The position numbers and the translations under genes were made by a program. Below are positions 1 to 7,614 of a stretch of DNA of 49,379 bases, piece after piece. Numbering within the stretch: the stretch's first letter is position 1; each line of letters opens with the position of its first letter. The notes under the pieces were generated by a model, which saw nothing but the letters and a program-made list of their open reading frames with translations, was not told where the DNA came from and did no database searches. Origin of the DNA: Pseudobdellovibrionaceae bacterium (GTDB taxonomy: Bacteria > Bdellovibrionota > Bdellovibrionia > Bdellovibrionales > Bdellovibrionaceae); the NCBI GenBank assembly GCA_041288045.1, contig JBGGMM010000051.1:1-49379 (forward strand), read 5' to 3'.

Positions 1-2
1 TA

Positions 3-731
3 TCAACTCGGACAATTTTAACAATCCACGAAAAATTAATGCCTCAAGGTGGAGGTCGGTTTAAGAAACAACAAAATCAGATCGCCAAAGGATCCAGAGT
101 CATCTACACGCCGCCAATACCAACTGAAGTTGATGGTTTAATGAGTAATTGGGAAAGCTATGTTCACTCAGACGACGAAAGCTTTGACTCATTAATTCGT
201 GTGGCGGTCAGCCATTATCAATTTGAAGCCATACATCCTTTTTCTGATGGAAATGGCAGAACTGGTCGGATCTTAATGGTATTGCAAATAGTGAAAGACA
301 AGTTATTGGATTCTCCAATTCTTTACCTCAGCGGATATTTGAATAAAAATAGAGAGAAATACTACCGACTCCTAAGTTCGGTAACGAATGAAAACAATTG
401 GATCGAATTCATTCGCTTTATGCTTCAGGCAATCCATGAACAGGCTCAGGTTACAAACCATGTCATTTTCAAAATGATGTCTGAGAGAAATAAGTTAAAG
501 AAAAGATTACGAAAAGATTTTAGCTCGATCTACAGTCCAGATTTGTTGGACCATATTTTTACTTTTCCTGTTACTTATCCGACATTCATGGCAGAAAAAA
601 TGGAAATAACATATCAAACTGCGAGTAAGTACTTAGCTGCTCTTGAAGAGGCTGAAATTCTGAGCAAGAAAAAATCAGGCCGTCATGTTTTATATTATAA
701 TATTAGTTTGTTAGCGTGTTTGCGGACTTAG
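3..731 (+). CDS. Fic family protein (AMPylase-like) with C-terminal wHTH; 5' end truncated by the window
   Basis: Canonical Fic motif HPFSDGNGRTGR; C-terminal ITYQTASKYLAALEEAEIL helix-turn-helix; frame is open back to base 3, so the ATG at 39 is probably internal. Confidence 0.9.
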   Translation, partial: STRTILTIHEKLMPQGGGRFKKQQNQIAKGSRVIYTPPIPTEVDGLMSNWESYVHSDDESFDSLIRVAVSHYQFEAIHPFSDGNGRTGRILMVLQIVKDKLLDSPILYLSGYLNKNREKYYRLLSSVTNENNWIEFIRFMLQAIHEQAQVTNHVIFKMMSERNKLKKRLRKDFSSIYSPDLLDHIFTFPVTYPTFMAEKMEITYQTASKYLAALEEAEILSKKKSGRHVLYYNISLLACLRT

Positions 732-778
732 GTTCAGATCTTAGGGTCATTTGCAGTTCAGTGAGGAGAGTCCAAAAA

Positions 779-855
779 TGGTGATCCCGCCTCGACTCGA
801 ACGAGGGACCTACTGCTTAGAAGGCAGTTGCTCTATCCAGCTGAGCTACGGGACC
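779..855 (-). tRNA. tRNA-Arg(UCU)
   Basis: Reverse complement GGTCCCGTAGCTCAGCTGGATAGAGCAACTGCCTTCTAAGCAGTAGGTCCCTCGTTCGAGTCGAGGCGGGATCACCA: D arm, anticodon TCT, GTTCGA T-loop, encoded CCA; 77 nt. Confidence 0.97.
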
Positions 856-922
856 CTTGGATTGACCTCCGAGTATTTAGCAAAGCTCAGCGGTCTTGTC
901 TTTGAAAAAGGGCTGACAGGGA

Positions 923-1336
923 TTAACGCGCCGTAAAAAAGCAGCGGATTTGGCGAGTTTCGTTGCCCATGGTTTCAATCATTTCAACTTCGTTGCCAGT
1001 CGAAGTGCGAGACAGCTGCAGATAAGTTTGAACTTTGGGCAATTCCTGAGTCAGGCCCATCGAGTTCCCAGCAGTCACAAGATAGAATGGAGCGTTTGCA
1101 TGTTTTTTCTCAAAGGCAAATGAGAAGGGAAATTCATAAGGACGCTGAAGCTCAAATACCAGCTGTGGACCTTCCATTCGAACAACCAAAATACAGTTTT
1201 CAGCACTGATCTGTGTGCCAAGCTCAAATTGCTCCAAAAGAACATTCTGTGCATCCTGAGAAGAAATTTTGGATCCAGAAGCAAAAGTCGAAAAAGCCAA
1301 AAGCAGGATCGAAAGAAGAGTAAAAATTTGTTTCAT
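923..1336 (-). CDS. Hypothetical secreted protein
   Basis: Signal peptide MKQIFTLLSILLLAFSTFA; start moved to ATG 1336, which has AGGGG upstream. Confidence 0.7.
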   Translation of the reverse strand: MKQIFTLLSILLLAFSTFASGSKISSQDAQNVLLEQFELGTQISAENCILVVRMEGPQLVFELQRPYEFPFSFAFEKKHANAPFYLVTAGNSMGLTQELPKVQTYLQLSRTSTGNEVEMIETMGNETRQIRCFFTAR

Positions 1337-1461
1337 AATAACCCCTTTGGAAAACAAGGAGTCTTAACTCTGACTGAGCAGCGGGTAAAGATCCAAGAGA
1401 AGTGATTGTAAAATCAACTCAAGTGTTGGGATTTTAGACAGGTGTTGCACTGAGATTTTGA

Positions 1462-1539
1462 ACTGCTGATCACGACGATCAGCAGTCCGGGGGTTCGGGG
1501 CAGGCCTGCCCCGATTGCAAGGACGCAGGCACCTCATGA
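1462..1539. repeat. Palindromic intergenic repeat, family 2 copy 1
   Basis: 10-bp hairpin 1462-1486; perfect 20-bp palindrome TCGGGGCAGGCCTGCCCCGA 1495-1514; 1501-1539 matches the reverse complement of 7444-7482 at 34/39. Confidence 0.8.
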
Positions 1540-1557
1540 GACACCCAAGACCCGCGT

Positions 1558-2469
1558 TTACAAGAGCGAAAACCGAGACTCCACCGCAAAATCCGACCCC
1601 TGCCGCGAAACTTGGGCAGCATCACAATAAGGATCATGCTCAAAGTACAAGTACCATCCCTCATCCGCAGCTTTCGCCAGAAAGCGCTTCTTCTCTTCAA
1701 TCAAAGTCAGAGGCTCCAAATCATAACCCATCACCCAAGCCAGCCGAACATGCGAGCTGGTGGGCACCACATCCCCACAATAAAGCAGACTGGTCTTACC
1801 ATCAGAAACTTTCACCACTTGCTGCCCACGTGTGTGACCATTGGAAACATAAACCGAAATCCCAGGCAGTAAATTCTCTTTTTCACCTTCAAGCATTTGC
1901 AAACGCCCAGATTGTACAAGCGGCTCAATGTTCGAAGCAAAGTAGCTGGCCTTCTCGCGAATGTTCGGCTCTTTCGCCGTTAGAAAATTTTCTTTCTGCA
2001 CGTAATAAGTCGCTTTCGGAAAGGTCGGCACCAGCTTGCCACCACTTTCCGTCGTGCCCCCGCCGGCATGATCAAAATGCAAATGCGTCAGAATCACATC
2101 GGTGATATCCGAAAATTCAAGCCCGTGAGCCTTGAGCGATTTCTTGAGCGAAGGCCCGGATTCGTCCAAGCCATACATCTCGGCAAATTTAGTTCCCAAT
2201 TTCTCGCCGTACTTGGCAATAAAATCAGCCCCATTCCCGCAGTCGATCAAAATTTTGCGCTGTGGACTCTTGAGCAGCAGAGCTCGAGCTTCCATCGGAA
2301 TTCGATTTTTCTCATCCGGAGGATTGGATTTCTCCCACAGCACTTTAGGAACCGTGCCGAACATGGCACCGCCGTCCAAGCCGAAAATCCCCGTGGGGAT
2401 CGGGCAAATCTCGTAATCACCAATTTTTAAACTTGTTCGCTCAATGGCGAATTCTGGTCTTCTTTCCAT
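1558..2469 (-). CDS. MBL-fold metallo-hydrolase (YtnP-like)
   Basis: LDGGAMFG.VPK.LW N-terminal motif, THLHFDHAGG metal motif, GHTRG, EHDP. Confidence 0.9.
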   Translation of the reverse strand: MERRPEFAIERTSLKIGDYEICPIPTGIFGLDGGAMFGTVPKVLWEKSNPPDEKNRIPMEARALLLKSPQRKILIDCGNGADFIAKYGEKLGTKFAEMYGLDESGPSLKKSLKAHGLEFSDITDVILTHLHFDHAGGGTTESGGKLVPTFPKATYYVQKENFLTAKEPNIREKASYFASNIEPLVQSGRLQMLEGEKENLLPGISVYVSNGHTRGQQVVKVSDGKTSLLYCGDVVPTSSHVRLAWVMGYDLEPLTLIEEKKRFLAKAADEGWYLYFEHDPYCDAAQVSRQGSDFAVESRFSLL

Positions 2470-3203
2470 TCTGGATTCTCCGCAAGCTCAAAAGCTTCTG
2501 GGGCAATGCCGATGGCCCATTGGCGATAAGCCTTGTAAATGGTCTCGATCGGAGCTGGAGGATGCACGGGTCCCACATGAATTGTCAATCGTCCAGGCTT
2601 CGCAAAAACCGCGCCCTTGGGCCACAGCCGAGTGTTGCCTTCAAGGAACAAAAATAAAATGGGAGTGTTGCTTCGCTCAGCGAAAATACTCACGCCTCTT
2701 TTGAAATCGTGCACTTTGCCATCTTTGGACCTGGTTCCTTCGGGAAAAAGAATCAGCCAAATGCGCGGCAGATTATTGAGCAAAGTCATAATCAAATTGA
2801 TTGCTTCACCTTTGCGGTCTTTGCGATCAATCGGGATCGCTCCCAAACAGTGCTGAGAGAAAAAAGTGAAAATAAAATTGGTGAAAAAATAATCTTTGGC
2901 AGCAGCAATGTAGACATCCCGCCAGTAAGCCAGAGGAATGGCCGTCGCAATCGAAATCGCATCCAAGTGACTGCCGTGATTGGAAATCACCAGGACCCGA
3001 GGGTTTTCACGATAGACTTTGTGAAAGTCACCTTTCACTCGCAATTGAATGTAAGTGCGGAAAAAAACCAATTTCAGGAAAAATCCCCAAAGCGTGCGGA
3101 TGAAAATACTGAAAAGATCCACATGACGAGTGAAAAGCGGCAAATGCTTCAAGTAGCCTGGAAGCTTCGTCCACTGGTCATTGTCATAATCCCAATCCTT
3201 CAT
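2427..3203 (-). CDS. Lysophospholipid (1-acyl-G3P) acyltransferase, PlsC family
   Basis: NHGSHLD (NHxxxxD) and FPEGTRS motifs. Confidence 0.9.
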   Translation of the reverse strand: MKDWDYDNDQWTKLPGYLKHLPLFTRHVDLFSIFIRTLWGFFLKLVFFRTYIQLRVKGDFHKVYRENPRVLVISNHGSHLDAISIATAIPLAYWRDVYIAAAKDYFFTNFIFTFFSQHCLGAIPIDRKDRKGEAINLIMTLLNNLPRIWLILFPEGTRSKDGKVHDFKRGVSIFAERSNTPILFLFLEGNTRLWPKGAVFAKPGRLTIHVGPVHPPAPIETIYKAYRQWAIGIAPEAFELAENPEWKEDQNSPLSEQV

Positions 3204-3216
3204 GCGCCTTTTCCCA

Positions 3217-4134
3217 TTAGAGATGAACTTCAGGAAGATACATTATGGCATAATAATAAATCGGAGCCACGAAAATCAGGCGGTCCATGCGATGAAGAAT
3301 ATCCCCGCGGCCCAAAATGAAAGCTCCCATTTCTTTGATGCCAGCATCTTTGCGAATCACTGCCATCAACACATCGCCAATAAAGCCGCCAATCGAAGCA
3401 ATCAAACCCGAAACCAACCAGTATCTTTCAGATCCATCTGAAAGCAAATGTCGCATACTGAAAGCCACAGCCAAAGTAATCCCCGCAGAAACCACAGTGC
3501 CCTCAAGAGTTCGCTTGTAATCAATCCGGTCCACCAATTTGGTGCGGCCAATGTACCTGGAAATCGCTAAATTTGTGTTATCGCAAAATTCAGTCAAAAT
3601 GATCAGGTACATGACCTGATAGACCCCTTTATCAAATTTGAGAATCAATCCCAAATGCATAAAGGACCAACCCAAAAACACAAAAGCCAGATTGGTCAGT
3701 GAAATGTACTGGATCATGCGTTTGTAATTGTTGCGGATCAATGGCACCAGACAAGAGACACCCAAAACAATCATCGGCAGCAAATTGTAAAGATCCACCC
3801 GGTCCACATGGATCGTCCAAGCCAAAGCCAAAATCCCCGCATAGCAGATCAGGACAAAATAACTGCGGTGAAACATTCCCATCAGCTGAAAGAAAATTTT
3901 GGCACCAAAAATCGCAATCACAGTGAGCACAATCAAGGGCCAGGGATCCGGAGTCCCAAACAGCGCAAAAAGCAAAGGCGCGAAAATCAGCCAGCTTTTG
4001 ATGCTGGCCCAAGAAACGATAAAATAGTAATTCCGCTTTCTCAGGAAAAAAACCAGAAGGCCCGAGACGAAAATAAAACTGAGCACAATCAGAGCGGTTT
4101 CGCGATACACTTCTGAAGCCCATGCACCTGTCAT
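3217..4134 (-). CDS. Phosphatidate cytidylyltransferase (CdsA/YnbB-like) family membrane protein, degenerate signature
   Basis: Multi-TM protein; KRTLEG and GDVLMAVIRKDAGIKEMG...RMD echo the CTP_transf_1 signature; adjacent to plsC. Confidence 0.8.
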   Translation of the reverse strand: MTGAWASEVYRETALIVLSFIFVSGLLVFFLRKRNYYFIVSWASIKSWLIFAPLLFALFGTPDPWPLIVLTVIAIFGAKIFFQLMGMFHRSYFVLICYAGILALAWTIHVDRVDLYNLLPMIVLGVSCLVPLIRNNYKRMIQYISLTNLAFVFLGWSFMHLGLILKFDKGVYQVMYLIILTEFCDNTNLAISRYIGRTKLVDRIDYKRTLEGTVVSAGITLAVAFSMRHLLSDGSERYWLVSGLIASIGGFIGDVLMAVIRKDAGIKEMGAFILGRGDILHRMDRLIFVAPIYYYAIMYLPEVHL

Positions 4135-5477
4135 GACTGACTCCCTAGATCGATTTGATAGTCTTTGATTTTTTTATATAAACTGCTGCGTGAGACTTGC
4201 AATGTCTCAATGGCGGATTCGATATCTGGATTTTGCTCCAGGCACTTGCGAATCACCAGGGCCTCATACTCTTCTACCAAACGAGGAAGGCCTTTTTTCA
4301 AATCCAGAAACTGACCCTGTGAGGTGGTGGGCGTGAGCAGAGCTCGCGCATCCTCGCCCCGAATGATCGGCAGGGGACAGGTCAAAGCCAATTGCTCGCA
4401 AACTCTTTTCAGTTCGCGCACATTGCCTGGCCAGGAGTAGGCCTGCAAAGCCTTCAAGCCCTCTTCCGATAGAGTCTTATTGGTTCGAGGTTTTTGCTGC
4501 AGCAAAAAGAAATCCGCCAGCTCTTTCAAATCTTCAAGCCGCTCGCGAAGTGGTGGCAAGAGCAGTTTCTTTCCGCTGATACGAAAAAGAAGATCTTCAC
4601 GAAATTTTCCCTGACGAACCAGATCCTGCAGATTCTGATTGGTGGCGCAGATCACTCGCGATTGAACAGTGATCGTGTCTTTCGATCCCACTTTGCGGAC
4701 TTCGCCAGTTTCCAGAAAGCGAAGCAGCTTCACTTGTTGGGTCAGAGGCAGAGCTTCAATTTCATCTAAAAACAAATCCCCGCCATGAGCGGCTTCAGTC
4801 AGGCCAATTTTTTGTTGGTCCGCGCCAGTGAAAGCGCCGCGAACATGCCCAAACATTTCTGATTCAAAGAGATTTTCCGGTATGCTGGCGATATTGACAG
4901 AGACAAAAGCTCTGTTGAGTTCCTGTTGGTTGAGAATGCGAAAGGCCACTTCTTTGCCAGTGCCAGTTTCGCCTTCAATCAAGATGGGGCCTGGTTCTCC
5001 ACGCAGTGAGGCCATGGATTTTTTAATTTCCTGCGAAGCCAAGCTGCCGCCCACCCATCGGATCTGAGAATGTCCGCCACGGCTTTCCAGTTGCCGCATC
5101 ATCCACACAGCTTCAATTTTCTCAAGAGTCGAGAGCACTTCGTCCGGAGTCAGAGGTTTTGCCAAAAATTTCTGCGCTCCGTTTTTGAGACATTTTTCCA
5201 TCAAGTCCAACGACAGATCGCCAGACATGGCGATGATTTCGATTTGCGGATTGATTTTGCTCAATTTTTCAATCACGTCAGGGCCTTCGGCGACTTGCTG
5301 ATGAGGACCTAGATGCATATCCACAAATGCGGCATGAAACATCATTTTCCCATCTAACATTTTGCCATCTTTGGTGGATGTCATTCTCCAGTGCTTCGGC
5401 AGAAGCAGCTTTAAAGAGTCGATGATCAAAGAATCATCATCAACCACTAAGAGATGGTAATAAGAGCCAATTGCCAT
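4131..5477 (-). CDS. Sigma-54-dependent response regulator (REC-AAA+-HTH, NtrC-like)
   Basis: VVDDD receiver, Walker A GETGTGKE, GAFTGA, WPGNVREL, C-terminal Fis HTH. Confidence 0.95.
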   Translation of the reverse strand: MAIGSYYHLLVVDDDSLIIDSLKLLLPKHWRMTSTKDGKMLDGKMMFHAAFVDMHLGPHQQVAEGPDVIEKLSKINPQIEIIAMSGDLSLDLMEKCLKNGAQKFLAKPLTPDEVLSTLEKIEAVWMMRQLESRGGHSQIRWVGGSLASQEIKKSMASLRGEPGPILIEGETGTGKEVAFRILNQQELNRAFVSVNIASIPENLFESEMFGHVRGAFTGADQQKIGLTEAAHGGDLFLDEIEALPLTQQVKLLRFLETGEVRKVGSKDTITVQSRVICATNQNLQDLVRQGKFREDLLFRISGKKLLLPPLRERLEDLKELADFFLLQQKPRTNKTLSEEGLKALQAYSWPGNVRELKRVCEQLALTCPLPIIRGEDARALLTPTTSQGQFLDLKKGLPRLVEEYEALVIRKCLEQNPDIESAIETLQVSRSSLYKKIKDYQIDLGSQS

Positions 5478-5577
5478 ACATCTTAGAGTCTGGACTCGAG
5501 TCTGAGGAAAGACGAGCCTTTTTGCGTAACGTTATGCTGGAAAAGCATTGTGAATCTCTCTCAAGTCGTCGGAACAT

Positions 5578-6789
5578 GTGCTCATGGAGCCAATTAAAAT
5601 TTTACTTGTTGAAAATATTCATCCCGTGGCCAAAAGCCGTCTTGAAGAAGAAGGCTTTCAAGTCGATCTGAAGACCCATTCTCCGAACGAGAAAGAACTG
5701 ATCGAGATGCTTCAAGGCTATCAGGCTTTAGGCATTCGCTCAAAAACAGAAATCACTCGAAATATTTTCGAAAAATCTCCGCATTTGATGACTGTGGGAT
5801 GTTTTTGCATTGGCACCAATCAAGTCGATGTGACCACTGCCAACCGCCGAGGAGTCCCTGTCTTTAATGCTCCTTATAGCAACACCAGATCCGTCGCTGA
5901 AATGGTGATTGCTGAAATGATCGCTCTTTCAAGGCAGCTTGGTGATCGAAGCGCTCAGGCTCACCAAGGTGAGTGGGTGAAATCCGCCGAAGGCTCTCGG
6001 GAGGTCCGAGGAAAAACATTGGGAATTATCGGCTACGGTCACATCGGCTCTCAAGTCAGCATTTTAGCTGAAGCATTAGGAATGAAAGTTCTTTTCTTTG
6101 ATATTCTGAAGAAGCTGCCTCTAGGAAATGCCCAGTCGGTCAATTCATTGGAAGAGCTTTTGATGAAATCAGATTTTGTCACTTTGCATGTGCCGGAAAC
6201 GCCGCAAACCAAGGACATGATGTCAGCTCGTGTGCTGAAGCAAATGAAAAAAGGCGCCCACTTGATCAATGCCAGCCGCGGAACGGTGGTGGTGATTGAA
6301 GATTTAGTGGAAGCTCTGAAGAGCAAACACCTGGCAGGCTGTGCGATTGATGTTTTTCCGGTGGAGCCAGCCAGCAATAAAGAAAAATTTGTGTCTCCCT
6401 TACAGGGCGTGCCCAATGTGATTCTTACTCCGCATGTCGGGGGGAGTACCGAAGAGGCCCAATACGCTATTGGCCTTGAAGTGGCCGAAAGCTTCACCCG
6501 ATATTTGAAAATCGGCTCCACTTCGGGCGCTGTGAATTTTCCAATTGTCGATCTGCCTGTGCAAAAAGGAGCTCATCGGATTTTGAATGTGCATCGCAAT
6601 GAGCCTGGAGTTCTGGGGGAAATCAATAGTGTGGTTTCTGAGGCCGGTGCCAATATCTTAGCGCAATATTTATCAACGGATCAGCATATCGGTTATCTGG
6701 TGATGGATGTCGAGAAAGCCAACGCCGCTCCTCTTTGTGAAGAGATCAAAAAGCTTTCACGCAGTATTCGCACTCGAATCGTGTACTAA
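5578..6789 (+). CDS. serA: D-3-phosphoglycerate dehydrogenase (E. coli type, with ACT domain)
   Basis: GCFCIGTNQVD, NAPYSNTRSVAE, GYGHIG, TPHVGGSTEEAQ, ACT motif HRNEPGVL. Confidence 0.95.
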   Translation: MLMEPIKILLVENIHPVAKSRLEEEGFQVDLKTHSPNEKELIEMLQGYQALGIRSKTEITRNIFEKSPHLMTVGCFCIGTNQVDVTTANRRGVPVFNAPYSNTRSVAEMVIAEMIALSRQLGDRSAQAHQGEWVKSAEGSREVRGKTLGIIGYGHIGSQVSILAEALGMKVLFFDILKKLPLGNAQSVNSLEELLMKSDFVTLHVPETPQTKDMMSARVLKQMKKGAHLINASRGTVVVIEDLVEALKSKHLAGCAIDVFPVEPASNKEKFVSPLQGVPNVILTPHVGGSTEEAQYAIGLEVAESFTRYLKIGSTSGAVNFPIVDLPVQKGAHRILNVHRNEPGVLGEINSVVSEAGANILAQYLSTDQHIGYLVMDVEKANAAPLCEEIKKLSRSIRTRIVY

Positions 6790-6916
6790 GTACTGTCTAA
6801 AATTCAGACACTCGCCCTCATTTGGGAACTGATGTAAAGTCCCACTATTCAGGGTTTTAGATGTCTGAACCGTCCTTCGAACTTCTTCCCCTCTGAAGGC
6901 GTAGTAAGAATTGAAG

Positions 6917-6954
6917 GCCCGATTTGCTGAACCAGTAAGTCGGGCTTTTTTTTT
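6917..6954 (+). terminator. Rho-independent terminator
   Basis: GCCCGATTTGCTG-aac-CAGTAAGTCGGGC stem followed by 9 T. Confidence 0.9.
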
Positions 6955-7214
6955 CAACAAAAAAAATCTTCTGGGAAATCAAAGAAAATTAAATTTCATT
7001 GTCTCAAAATTTTTTGAGAGCGATTTTCCATGTGTCTTTCAAGGTGTTAACGCATCTCAATCTGAGAGCCCTGCCACTGTCGAAATTCTAACACTTCAGA
7101 GACTGCGGATCCCGCCGAAGAGTTGATTGTCGACGGCAGAAACTGTGGGTGAAACTCCCCAGGCTGGCGCAGGAGACTCGAGACTCCATTCGACAATACA
7201 CAGGAGGACATGTG

Positions 7215-7283
7215 GTGATTAAGAACCGAAGACTGCATTTGCTGGAACTTCCCTATCTCCCAGAGAGGGGCCCTCCAAAATGA
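7215..7283 (+). CDS. Putative 22-aa small peptide MIKNRRLHLLELPYLPERGPPK
   Basis: AGGAGG at 7202-7207, GTG 7 nt downstream, TGA at 7281-7283; ends in RGPP; terminator follows. Confidence 0.45.
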   Translation: MIKNRRLHLLELPYLPERGPPK

Positions 7284-7310
7284 GGTGAAGCGTTCGATAG
7301 CTTCGGATGC

Positions 7311-7347
7311 AAAGCGCTTGAGATGGTCTCAAGCGCTTTTTGTTTTT
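7311..7347 (+). terminator. Rho-independent terminator
   Basis: Perfect 13-bp inverted repeat AAAGCGCTTGAGA-tgg-TCTCAAGCGCTTT plus T-tract. Confidence 0.9.
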
Positions 7348-7443
7348 GGGGCCTGTGATTTTTGTGATGCGTGAGTGATATCTGGTTATCGTACCCTTAT
7401 AGGTGTACGGAAGATTGAGTGTGTTGGTGGAGTTGAGTGGAGA

Positions 7444-7482
7444 TCATGGCGTGTCTGCATCCATGCAATCGGGGCAGGCCTG
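7444..7482 (-). repeat. Palindromic repeat family 2 copy 2 (partial)
   Basis: Reverse complement matches 1501-1539 at 34/39. Confidence 0.8.
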
Positions 7483-7498
7483 TGATAAATGCCGCAGC

Positions 7499-7611
7499 GT
7501 TTTCTGGAAACTCGCCGCAGGCGAGCCCCGAAGGGGTGAGGCCGTGGAGGGCCGAATTTCCAGAAAAGACGGACATGGACGTTCACGATCAGGCAAAGTC
7601 GCGACCTTCGC
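7499..7611 (-). repeat. Structured repeat family 1, partial copy C (3' module)
   Basis: Reverse complement contains GATCGTGAACGTCCATGTCCGT and GCCTCACCCCTTCGGGGCTCGCC...GAGTTTCCAGAAAAC, shared with the copies at 19011 and 24588, plus 26 extra bp (7543-7568). Confidence 0.9.
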
Positions 7612-7614
7612 GCT

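Larger units (their letters stand above)
7052..7347 (+). ncRNA. Candidate structured RNA / leader carrying a small ORF (5' end approximate)
   Basis: Multiple stems: CTGCC/GGCAG, GTCGA/TCGAC, AATTCT/AGAGTT, GCGG/CCGC, GGG-tgaaact-CCC; lies between two terminators; no long credible ORF. Confidence 0.5.

Noticed and set aside
751..936. 61-aa ORF
   Set aside because: It is the antisense shadow of tRNA-Arg
7126..7197. c-di-GMP-I (GEMM) riboswitch call
   Set aside because: GGCAGAAA...GAAA...GGCGCA is only loosely similar, and no tetraloop-receptor stem is visible; left as an unassigned structure pending cmscan
7052..7347. 6S, tmRNA, RNase P or SRP RNA
   Set aside because: No tRNA-like ends or tag peptide, no GAGGAAAGTCC, no SRP motif, and the fold is multi-stem rather than the single 6S rod
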